From: Dimorphilus gyrociliatus | Taxonomy: Eukaryota > Animalia > Annelida | DNA length: 64,000 bases | Assembly: GCA_904063045.1 (NCBI GenBank) | Contig: CAJFCJ010000004.1 | Coordinates: 1,977,713-2,041,712 of the forward strand | Direction: 5' to 3' | Notes under the pieces: model-generated | What the model saw: the letters and a program-made list of their open reading frames with translations, nothing else | Told to the model about the DNA's origin: nothing | The model's database searches: none | Program-made: the position numbers and the translations under genes | Shown here: positions 48,501-60,597 of the stretch, piece by piece | Layout: each line of letters opens with the position of its first letter | Numbering within the stretch: the first letter of the stretch is position 1

Positions 48501-51500
48501 GTTTACAGGTTTTTATCGAATATTCAACGTTTTAGCTACAGCATTTCTTTTTAATACGAGAAACCGAATTAACTTCCTACTCTATTTGCTTATTCAAATA
48601 CGTTTCTAATGAATTTCTCTTTAAAAGGAGTTGCCACTATAGAAAACATTTTAATATAGCTAATTAACTGTAAAGTTATTAGGATATTTTAAAAAAATTA
48701 ATGAGTTTCTAGAGGTTTGATGCAGTTAATTTGTTAATATATGGATATAATATTAAATATACAAACTTTCTACTTCTACTCTTTCTCCTCTCTCTTGGAT
48801 GCTCATCGACTTCGTCAGAAAAAGAATGCCCTTTCTTTAGTTGCCTAGCAACACTTTCCTCATCTGCATGCCATGCTGTATCGCTGTGTAATCGACGTCG
48901 GTGTTTAGCAGTCTTCTTTTCGTCAACAGGCTCACTGGGAACGCTATGAGATCTTGAAAATGGTCTTCCAACTGAATTTGCAGATAATCCACTCTCTGTA
49001 ACCATCTTTAAGTGACGTTTTTGCTCGCATAATTTACAACGCCACAATTCTAAGCGTTTCTGTATAAGTTCATATGGCGTAATTCATATTTTTAATTAAA
49101 TTTTTTTGCCATATTACGAACCTTTCCTTTAACTTTATGGAAAATTACAGCACATGGACGGCAAACTATTTTGCCACAATTTTCACATTTGATTGCGTCA
49201 CTTTTCCTCTTCTTCGAGCAAAGTCGGCATCTTTGATCTTTTTCTCTAGCTTTTTCTTTACTTTCAAAATGCTCGGCTTCAGTTTCTAAACGCCTAAAAC
49301 AATATGCAATATGGCAATGAAACAATTAAAAAAATTTGACAATCTCGTGTATAACGTTTGGCTAAATGATAGTAGAAAATGGTAGATTCGATTAATAATA
49401 GAATATGTATACTACGTATAAACAAATATACTATAGGAGTAATGCCTAAATGATGAATTATGAATTTTCTTTGTATATTAATAAACAGTTTAGTATATAT
49501 TGTACACTTTAAATATCATATATAAACTTATACTGTATTTTTGCAGTATACATTAAACTGCACTTAGTACAATCTATTCCTCAATATAATTTAGTATACT
49601 AAAGTATTCTTTTAAAAAATGACTAGTGGTAAAAAGGATTGGATGAAAGCGAATACACACAAAAAAAAACGTTAAAATTGACTGAGTTTACTAATCATTT
49701 TATTAGCAATATAGGTAATTTAAGGCTATAAAAATAACAGTAATAAGGAAAACAGATACTTCAGAAATCATAATTTAAACTCTAATCAAAATAGATTTCG
49801 TTTAAAACCATATCTAACTTTTCATGTCCTATTTTTAGTTGTTTTCCTTGTCAATTACACTAACAGCAAGTTATTTTTTAAGAATAACGCTCTAGAACAA
49901 AGGGATTTTTATTCGAGAAAACTATACGTGACATAGACAAAGTCAACAGAGAGAGAAAATGGTATTTTATAGCTACCTCTTGTTAACGTGTGGCCATTAT
50001 AATTACATCCACTTTTTTCCCTACGCTATATAGTTCCTATAAAGACTAGACACGAAATCCCTATTTAATTCTACTTATTTTTCTTTATTTTGAAATTTTT
50101 TCAGGCTAGATTTAATAATATTAATTCGAAACTTTATACAATTTTGTTCTTTTTCTTTTTTTTTTAATTTATATTTAGCGTTTTCTCTCCTCATTTTACG
50201 TTATATTTTCTATCTAAATAATAATACATATATTACTTTTCAGCTTCAATTCCTTCTATATAAGCAATTCTGATTCAAAGGCGGAAGTGACGCCTTTTTG
50301 AATTACTTTACGCTCTTACGGTTATGTTTTAAAAAGGGATAAATAATAAAAACATTTAGCGTTTCTTCCTCTTTACATATACATTCTGTATTCTGATCCG
50401 TTGATTTAATATTAATCTATCCGGTGTTTTTGTCCTTTTGTATTTTTTTCTTTATTATTAAATTATACTATTTTTCACCAATAAGTTACAATTGGGAGAG
50501 AAAATTACTTTTTTCTTCAATTATGCTTAGTAAGGCGGAAAAACTATTTTTTTCTAAATAGACTTTGAAGGCTAGATTTATATTTCATAAAGATAGACAC
50601 AAACACATAAATAAACTGTTTTCGTTTTGTTGTCTATTTATCTGAAACTTTCCGGTGTTACTTATATAAAAAAGGAAAAAAAAGGAGAATAGACATTCTA
50701 TTTTTATCAGATATATGAAATACATTAGATAAATATAAGTCTTGTTTACTTGTCCATCTACAAATGAGAAATGCAATATTTCCCCCGTTTTATGCTAAAA
50801 AGAAAATATCTTTATGAAGGCGTCTAATATTGTTGTGTTATCTTCTTATTAAAACTATGCATTTACTACTAACAATTAAAACTTTATATAAACAGTATAG
50901 TAAAGATATATTTATATAGTAAATACTATAGTACGTACTACGCATTAATGTCAATTAGAATTAATATTCTGACTTTTTCGTGACTAGCAAAGAGGAACAG
51001 TTGGAAGAGAGTAGTAAATTTACTCTCAAGGTCTTTTGTTTAACAAGCTGTAAGTCTTCAAACATGATAGGGTTGAGTTGGTGGCTTTAAAAATATCATA
51101 GTAATTATGCGTACCCTGTCCTTAAGGAGAAGGGTAAAAAATAATAATAACTATAAAAAAGAGTAGAATTGCTTTTCTTTTCATTTTGTTCGCAGTATTA
51201 GAAAATTTAAGGTTTTTAAAGAGAATGACGCCCATTATACGTTTGGCGTTTATTGAAATATAGTTTCACTTGAATATCACATCAGTGTATTTATAAAAGT
51301 AGTGAATGGATAGAAAGGAAAAAAAACATCAGCAAAAATTATTCGTTCATCGTGTAATTATCTAAAAGTCCATGTGTACCTAACAATACATGCAAGGCAT
51401 GTATTGAGAATATATAGTCGTTATGTCTAATAAAAATCATTGTTTCGTAGAATATAAAAACTAAGAAAGAGAAGAAGATAAAGAGGAAGAAGAAGAAGAA

Positions 51501-52248
51501 GAAAAAAGAGGGATATACATAATATATTAACATGCTTCATATATGTACAGTAGATATATATTAAATATTTTACATGTAGTGATCGATAATTGTGATTATC
51601 TTTGTTTTTTATTATATTAAAATTAGTGAGTTAAAAGGCACTCTATATATTAATAAGGAAAATTTAATTCTGGATGCTTGTCCCCAATCCTTTTTTTTAT
51701 TCACTCTATTTCTGTATCCGAAAATGGTGACAGACCGTTTTTCGTAGTACAATGAGGAAGAAAATGTATTAGACAAGGGGATTGCGCATACATCAAACCT
51801 TCTTAATCTCTGTCATTCTCACTTTTCAGTACACATATAGGAAATTTTGTTAATTTTCTTTATCGTTGCACATATCTTATCATTAATTTGACCTACTGTT
51901 TTTAAGTTTTAATAAGTTTGTTTTCCCTCATTCTCATATACAATACACTGTATTTTACCTCTTCATCTCGTATACACCACAATCAATTTTTACAGTTTTA
52001 ACCTGAGAAGTGTTAATATGAAACAAAAGTGTACTGATATACTTAGATTATGTACTAAAACACTATGTATCCTATACATTTATGCTATATGATATTTTTT
52101 ATAGTTAATATATAAAAAATACATACGCTAATCGTTCACATTCTTGTCTCTTAAACTCTTCTTCTTTTTCTAGTACCCTGAGGAGAATTGCTCTTTCTCT
52201 GTCTGTTAGGTGAGATAAATCCGTCTTCTCCTCTTTCGGAGTTCCCAT
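42148..52248 (-). CDS. Rim: RIM (Rab3-interacting molecule, RIMS/UNC-10 family) active-zone scaffold, divergent, about 1140 aa; join complement(52248-52127, 49293-49122, 49059-48767, 47310-46415, 46342-46271, 46212-46144, 46085-45969, 45902-45788, 45728-45667, 45588-45482, 45382-45107, 44316-44031, 43108-43025, 42957-42865, 42806-42148)
   Basis: N-terminal DLSHLTDRERAILLRVLEKEEE helix; 8-Cys FYVE-type Zn finger; PDZ (GLGMRVVGGKM...GDQVLEWNGRSL...ATYEE); C2A (LEL TVWD...FMGEILLDL...WYNLEDHD); LPALP; C2B (GDINLG...KGQLEVDVV...KKKTK...WYKIFP). All introns are GT-AG, phases are consistent, total 3423 nt in frame. The acceptors at 45588, 43108 and 49059 each have in-frame alternatives, so those exact boundaries are less certain. 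Confidence 0.9.
44180..45382 (-). other. RIM C2A domain coding region (two exons)
   Basis: VIGRIKIRINY...SYIRMRLLPKR...KTRICENSCNPEWNETLEF | LPKSTLELTVWD...FMGEILLDL...WYNLEDHD. Confidence 0.85.
45788..46212 (-). other. RIM PDZ domain coding region (three short exons)
   Basis: FEVVLQKD...NGLGMRVVGGKMNSDGKLGAFVVDVQENSLA...GDQVLEWNGRSLIDATYEE; introns of 58 and 66 nt. Confidence 0.9.
49020..49293 (-). other. RIM Zn-finger (FYVE-type, 8 Cys) coding region
   Basis: CRLC...CENC...CRPC...WRCKLC across a 62-nt intron. Confidence 0.85.
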
Positions 52249-53981
52249 TAAATTTTTCGTTTTCTTCTTGTCTTCGTTGTGTTTCGCAGCTGAGTTTGGC
52301 CAGAGCTAAATAAGTCATTTGTTATTATTTTTCGCTAATAAATTATCTTTAGCGGAAATTTTAATATAAGAACATAATATATAATAAAAAAGAGGTTATA
52401 AGGCTGGAAGGAGGAAAAACAAGAACATAAAGAAACGAAAAAGAAAAAGAACAGAGAAAGAGAGAGAGAGAGATGTATAAAAAAAATAAACAGTTAGAGT
52501 GATATAGTGTCTATGCGGTAGCTCTAATGAATAATTCAAGAAACTTTAACTTTTATGCTTAAAACTGGTTTTAATAGACAGTTTATTTAAATATAGAATA
52601 AAATATTTAAATATGCATTATAGATTATTGATAATATTAAAATTTCTTTCCTAATAACAGCTGTTGAAAATTGCGTTATAGATTATCTTTTTGTTTGTAT
52701 CATTTTCTTTATGTTTTTAGGTCATTAGTACTTAATTCTCACCTTTTCAATCACTATTTCCTATATATTTCTTTTCTTCCTTCTCCCTTCTATCCTTTTT
52801 ACTATTTTCCTTTTCCTACTAAGCTTTTTTTCTGCTTTTCTTTCGCTTTGATACAGTTATATACGAAGTAATTACTGATAATAAAGGACTAATACTTTAC
52901 TTACTGAAAATGCAGCTAGTAGTACTCGATGACTCTAAAAAACACTACACCTATTTCGGAACGAACAAATAGGCAGGCACCAGAATAAAAATATTCTTAT
53001 AATTTCCTTTTTTTTCTTTATAGCTCTCTTATGAGAATTGTTTTAAAGACTATAAATAACATGATCATTACAGTAGGTCTTTTAAAACAAAATGAATATA
53101 ATAACACAAATTTCTTAAGAATTTATTAATAGTTTATATATTTTCTGAATAATCCTTAAAAAAAGTGATAATTACTTTATGACGCCAAGTATTCTACACC
53201 TTTGCGTATACCTTTTATAGAAAAGAATATAGTTCTTTTTTACTTCCTTAGTCTTCAATTTATAAAGGAGATCCTTCACTTCGCGGATACGTAAAATATT
53301 GAATTTTATGATAGGAATATAAACGTAAGTTTATACTGATATATATATATATAAATAAATATTATCTGTATATATGAAGTATTTCGCAAATACATATCTG
53401 TCTATCTCGTATGTGCAGCTAATTATCTTAAATGTTAATCAAGTAAAGAGAGAGAGTAAGAGAAAAAGAATACGGAGAAGCAGAAAGAAAGGGTGCACTG
53501 ATCAAGTGCAGGGTTAATGACCTTCAGTAGTGTACGAAAAGAAACGAAAGTAGTGCTGTAGTTGATATTTTCTCAGAATAATACTTTTACAATTCAATCT
53601 TATTAATTAATGCTATATAAACTTGAAAGAGTAGTCTCATAAGCAGCTTGAGATTAGTTTAATTATACATCTCGATATAAAGTTAAAACTGTCATAGTTT
53701 TATAGAAAATTCCTATTAGATCTTGTGAAAATATTTATCTTTCTACACTAAAAGAGAATAGCATATGAAATATTCATTGAGAATAGAAAAACAATATACA
53801 ATATACATTATTTGTCTATAAAATTTTATAAACTAACCTTTTTAAACAAACTTGCCATCCAAAATCGCCATTTCTACTAATTTTTTCTTCAACTGTAAAA
53901 ATATAAATAAACGCCTAATGAGACTACAAAATGTCAACAGACGCCTCACCAAAAGACGCACATATAAGTCAGTAAAAATCG

Positions 53982-53996
53982 CAGGTGATGACGTCA
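53982..53996. promoter_or_regulatory. E-box (CAGGTG) plus full CRE palindrome (TGACGTCA) about 1.7 kb upstream of the RIM start codon
   Basis: gcaggtgatgacgtcata: CAGGTG 53982-53987, TGACGTCA 53989-53996. Confidence 0.35.
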
Positions 53997-54208
53997 TAAG
54001 GAAATTGTACCGATGTATATGAAAGTGCCGGTATATACTGTACGTGTGAGAGAGTATGTACAATGTATATGTCTATAGGAATATACTTCACTATATATTT
54101 CTTGTTAAGTTTATGGTAGTCTTAATTTACATTCAATAAATATGTCTCGTTCGCTGTATAGTTATAATTTAGTGTGTGTATTAAATAAGATATTCAATAT
54201 ATATTCTG

Positions 54209-54239
<31 letters not shown>

Positions 54240-54769
54240 ATGTATATTAAAAAAAGTGTGCACATAAAACTTACACAGTCAAGCTTAAATGTAAATCTAA
54301 AGTAAATGAGTTGTATAAGAAATTATTTAATACAAAAAAGAAGGCCAAAAACTGCAAAATAATTTTTTAACTTAAATAAAACTTGATTTCTTTTTCAGCT
54401 TTGTAACAATAATAGAAAAAAGACAATTTTACATCAGTAACACGACAAGATCATGATATTTCTGTCAGTAATAAAAAGCTAAGTACAAATCGATTTTCCT
54501 AAAATAATGTATAAACTAATGTTATATATTTTATGTTTAATAGCAAAAAAAATTAGGTATTAAATTTTATAAAACTTTCCAATTGGATATAAGAAAAAAA
54601 TAGAAAAAACAAAGAAACCCAGAGAGACAGAGTAAAATAAAAAACATTTTAAAAGATAGATTTCACATAGAGATGTATAAATGTTTAACTCTTCTTAGTA
54701 AATTTATCTTAGACAGAGTGTTTATATATTTATATATATGTGTATCTTGTCTAATTACTTACCTTTTCA

Positions 54770-54809
<40 letters not shown>

Positions 54810-55034
54810 GTATCTTTTACTCACCAAAGCATCCTTCGAATATCATATAGTTCTCTCAATTTTCTATCAAATGATCAACTATTAAATTCTTCTTTCAATT
54901 TTACATCCGTATATTTCTCTTTATGATTTGTTGATTTAACGCATAATTTAGGAGAATTAGGTAAAAAAAATTCCGTAAATGACAAAAAACGAACGAGTGA
55001 AATGACTTTCTACGTTTATCGTGATAGTACAATC

Positions 55035-55248
55035 CGCCATCTATTGTTTGATATAAACAAATAAAGGTCAATTAAATTTCACTCTAGATAGCACCACCAA
55101 TAAACAACTTTCCCCTACAGGCTTTACGAATGTAATTCCTTATCTTTACTTATGTTATGTCATCAACACTCAATTAATAGATCGACAAAAATCGTTTAAA
55201 CTTGAAACTGTCTAGACTTTCAATCAATACACGAGCTGGCGCCATCTA
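55035..55248 (-). promoter_or_regulatory. Pair of reverse-oriented CTCF-like motifs upstream of RIM
   Basis: CGCCATCTA at 55035-55043 and 55240-55248; the second reads CACATAGATGGCGCC on the minus strand, a very good CTCF match. Confidence 0.5.
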
Positions 55249-58200
55249 TGTGAATATACAGTATATAATAAAAAAATGAAGCAATGGTAGGACTGTACAT
55301 GTTATGAAAGTTTATTTTTAATGATAACAAAAGGATGTTTTAAATGGATAAAATTTAGACATAAAAATAAACAAGAAAGCCAAGTCAATTTAGCTTATTT
55401 AAAGAGGTCGGCAAAAGTCACTAACTAGAAACTAGTAACCGTCGAATATTCGGCATTCGATAAATAATTCAAGAATCGCCGTTAGCAGCGTTAAACATAA
55501 AGTCACTTATTACGGCTTTAAAGTTACAAATGAAAAGACAAAAGGTTTAGTTAAGCCTTATCAAGTGGAGACTGCTCATTGTTTCTTTGTTTGTTCACTG
55601 CTGGTAGTGAACAACAATCTAATTTATTATATGGATTCTTAGTATTAAGCATTACTGAAAAGTCATAATAAAGTATATTATATAGTTCGCATTAGTATAG
55701 AATATTACAGTATGATGTATACAGTATATGGATATTATTTGAAATTAAGGCACAAATGATAAGAGAAACCTAGATTCAACAAAGAAACAAATATAAATTA
55801 AATCATAACTTGATCTTTGCAGAACTGTTTGTAAATGAAGAATACATCAATTATAGTTACAAGAATACTATCAATGTTAGTACTGTTATCAGCCTTCTAT
55901 TCCTTTATGGGGAATCTAAAAAGTTGGTAATATTTCTCATTTTAATTAAACTATTTATCATGCCATCTTTTTATATTTAAACATTATTCATCTCTTGAAT
56001 GAGATTTTTTTTATCAATAAAACTACTCAATCGCCATTTATCTCTTTTAAACATGAATTATGTACGCCAATAAAGTTGATTATAAAATTGTATAACCTAT
56101 ATAGCTTATACATTATACTGTATAGAATATATTTAAACATTTCCTTGAACTAATATTGTGATACAGCGAGAGGGACAACAATGCAGTTAAGAGTTAACAA
56201 GATATCATTTCCTTACTATTTTAGTAACATGTTTCTCTCCTGTTTCCTAGTTTAGTATGGTAAAAGAGATCTCTTCCTATATAAGGGAATTTCAATGTTA
56301 TATATAATATATACAGTATATACTAATATATATTATTGCTATAAAAGAAACATTTCATTTCCAAAAAGTAAAAGGTGCCTTTTCTATTCCATGTAATCTA
56401 TGCACGTACAATACTAATTTCAGTCTAAAAGTAAATTATTTCAACTCTTTCTATAAACTCAACATTTACGATTATAGGTTTGTAAGCTATTACTCAACAA
56501 CATGATAATATAATATTCAATAGGAAATGATAAACTAGTAGATTGATAGTTATTCGTTGGATTTAGTAAAACTTTACTCTATATGGTTGTGTTTATAAAT
56601 ATTGAATCTAAATATTTTTCAACAATTATCTAAATTGATTAATATACAGTTAAATAATTATTAATATCCGGTTCTAACCGTCTTAAAATCTTTAAGAACA
56701 AAATTCAGAATTCAGATAAACCCAATTATCATCAGATCTATTTCCGGTTTACAAATTCAAATGTACGCCTCTTTTAATCAGGCGTCTAGGTCGTGACGTA
56801 TCCATGCCGACGATTTTTTATAAGTTTTAATGATGGCTTTCATCCTTTTGGATAACAAAAGATTGCCTATTCGAAAGAGAAAACGATCTTAATTTTTCAA
56901 ATCAATGCGGTTAATTACTCGAAATTTTAAGAAAGATCATCAAATTAAACTATTTTCACAAATGGATAGAAAACAATTCACGGAAGATTTAATCTTTATA
57001 TTTGTATTTTTGTAAATAAAAGCCATAATTCATTGTTTACTATAGACTGGTTTTTGGTGTATGCTTTTTACAAATAGCTTATTTATAATAGAAATAGAAA
57101 GGTCAAAACAGATTGAAATCATTATAGGACTGAATAGAAAATGTGTTATTCAATAATGAATTCTCAAAAAAAACATTTATACAATACGGGAAATGCAGCT
57201 ACTAGGAGTTAAAATACTTGGAGAATGGTGTTATGTCTTCTACCTGGAGAGTCTTCAAATTCTGAAATCATCTGTTTTGATGACAGTCACGCACATTGAT
57301 AAGCAAAGTGAAGAGGAAGAGAAATACGAGGCCAGTATTTATGATAATGGACATAGATGACACTTTCTCCATTAATCATTAATACGTCGTTATTTTCCAT
57401 TCACATATTTCTGGCTGAATTTTTCGTTTATTTGTAATACAGAAGTTATTACTGAATCTTATAAATCTGTAACTTTGATAATCTCTATTTTCAAATATCA
57501 ATACAAGTATAATACTCTTTTCCTTCACTAATTCATACTACGATTGAATTAATTACATGAAAATGTTAATATTAATTACTTTTCAATTCATCTGCAAAAT
57601 AAATTGCATATCAGTAGTTATTATAATTGTTTATAACCAACTATATGCTGGATAATTTAAAATAATAGCTGTTTTATATTATATTGTATTGCCTTTATCA
57701 TTTTAATTAAAAATGAAATATTTTGTCATTAGTTATTTCTTATTTCAATAAATAAGTTAATGGAAGAAGAGAATGCAAGGAGGGGAGAAGAACAGATACA
57801 GACAGGCAGAGAGAGAGAGACAGAGAGAGAGACAGAGATGGAGAAAGAAAGAAAGAGAAAGAGAGAGAGAGTGCAAGTGAGAGCAATAGAATAACTATTA
57901 TTTCTATTTTTCTATAGGTTTCTTTCGTTAAAATATGTCACATTACGGTAAACATTTGGGAGTTTTATTCATAAATAATAAAGTATTCTAAGGATTAATT
58001 ACATTAAATTTGATGCATTTCACCCCTTTTCCGGTTTTTTAGCTTAATACTTTAATTAAAAATTATTGTTGAAGAGAGAAGGAAGATAAATAAAAACATT
58101 TGTTTTCAACTTTGAGAGTTGAAATAAATGAAAAGATGATAAACGGTGTGTATAAACCAATATTTAAATGCAATATATAATATAGGAAGGCAATATATAT

Positions 58201-60597
58201 ATATATATATATATACATACATCTATATATAAACAGTATGCAGTATATATATACTGTATATATATATATATATATGTATACTGTATATATAGTAGAAAAT
58301 AAGATATATCGTAAATTTACACTTGTTTGACACGTATAGTTTGTCATCCGTAGTGAGCGATTGGCCGGAATTCAGAAGGTTTTGTAAGGTTACAAATTGA
58401 TAAACTATCTTACTGTAGAAGTCTTAGAGGCGTTTGTAATTTACACTTTGCACGACAAGGTGATAGCTAACTTGTTAATTTTTTCAACCTGAAGGGGTAT
58501 CGATCCTTTCAACTTTTTATAAGTTAAATTTTTTAAAAGCGTCTATTATCCGTTTAAGCATCATCTTTTAAAACGATGGAAAAAATGTAATAAACTGTTT
58601 TTATTAAGTAAAGCTAATGGATTACTTGTACAGGTTATGTAATATTAATTACAATTATTAATATTTTATGATTAAATATTAATTTTCGGGTCTCTTTTCA
58701 TTTCTATTCTAATATCCATACAAATCAACTAGCAAACAATGTTTCTCCAATATATGTTTAATATGACGTAAAGCTAACATAGCAATATCTACAGATATAA
58801 AGTAAATTTATGAAAGAGTTGTCGCTTTAATTAAGAATGAGGTCAACGTGGTCGGTAATTAGAACTAAAGATTACAGAAGGAAAAATGTTAGTATAATAA
58901 AACGAAAATAATATAGGTTGAATGAAAGATCGAGATGGAGTGTACGGAAATTAGGTTAAGATATTCCTCCTTGTCCATGTTTTAATTTGTATACTATAAT
59001 GAAAATTTTAAAGAAAAATCACTATCTTGGACAAGATTAATTTTTTCTGGAATTGAGAAAATATTTTATCACACTTCAGTAAAATCAAGTCAAGATCCAT
59101 TGAATGATAATGGCCAATGTGGTTAATCTACCAAATAAACACACATACCGGGACAGTAGCTTTCATCTGATTAAGATAATTATTTTAACCTTTTTATTTG
59201 TTGGTTCAGAAAGGAAAAACCTATCGAATAGGAAGAACGTTTCAATTTGTAAAAATATCCTATTTCGAATAATAGAGTTGGTAAACATTCAATGTTTAAT
59301 GCTGTTAAATCAAAGTTATTACACAAAGGATATGAGAGTAATATAAATATAATTTATTTAAATAATTATACAAATATATAAACTATATGCAAAGTCTATA
59401 TGGGCCTATGCATTTCATATTTCTCAATAAATTATAAAAATGAGGTATGAATTTTTTGGTTAATAAGACAAATGCTTCATACTTTTTTAAATGAATACTT
59501 TGTTATTTTGTTTAGTTCTTAAAAAATTAATATCCTTTTTTTTCATATCTGCTTTTAGTCAAGTCTTATTTCCTCCGTCTAATTTTCATCTCTTTCTCTC
59601 TTTCCCTCTCTCCTCCCACCTCCCTCCCAACCTTTCTCTCCCTCCCTTTCAATACAATACACAAAATGAAAAATTATTAATAAACAACTTAATAAGAAAT
59701 ATTTAGAAAGTTAGCGAACTGGAAACCTTATGAAATCAGATTCACTAAAAGCAATATTTTTAACCTCAGGCCTTTTTTCCAGATAAAGTAAGTCACCGAA
59801 TCTCTAAGATTTTTTTATTAATATAAATATGTCTAAAATAAGAATGAAATATGAAAACTGGCTAGAAATCTAGCTTTCCAAAAAAAAAAACAATACCCTT
59901 AGAAAGTTTTCTTGGAATTTTTTAAGGCCAAATAATCCATCTAAATTTCTCTTTTTTTATATATAGAAATATATAAATATACTATATATTATGTTTTTAA
60001 GTGAAAAAAAAAGAAATTTTATAGCAAGACCTTATAATTTCGTCATTTCCTTAAAAGAATTATCAGTAAGCCTACGAATAGGTATTCATTAAAATTAATA
60101 GTAATTTTGTAAATATAAGGTATAAGTTTCATATAAAAACAGTTCGAAAATGAATAAATAAAGATATTAACTTTTTCTTTAGTCTTTAGAAAAAGAGTTT
60201 ATGTTGTCTTTTTCCACAAATTATTTACAATTGTTATTAATACAATTTCGTATCTGTATTTTTCTTTCCAGCCAACAATTCAAAATATCGAGTTTATTTT
60301 GAGACAGAAAATTGCTTTTAATCCGTCTTTCTCATTGTATAAACCTTATGTTCTTGTATGATAAATAAAAATCTATAAATTATCCAACTGATTACGAAAT
60401 ACTGGCTAGAGGCGATAAAATGGTTTTGTTCCGGGACTTTTACTCTCAAAAAATTAGAATTTTCCGTCAATTTAATCTATTTTATTGAGAATTGATGGGT
60501 TAAGGCATGGCTGAGGCTAAAATTAATATGTATTTACTTCTTTAAATGGTATTGGAAAGCAAAGAAACAAGCAAAGTTGAAGGAATCTGATATTATT

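Noticed and set aside
56700-57360. 55-codon plus-strand ORF (57193-57360) and a signal-peptide-like minus-strand mini-ORF with nearby splice-like sites
   Set aside because: All attempted exon joins hit stops within a few codons, and ORFs of this size are frequent by chance here.
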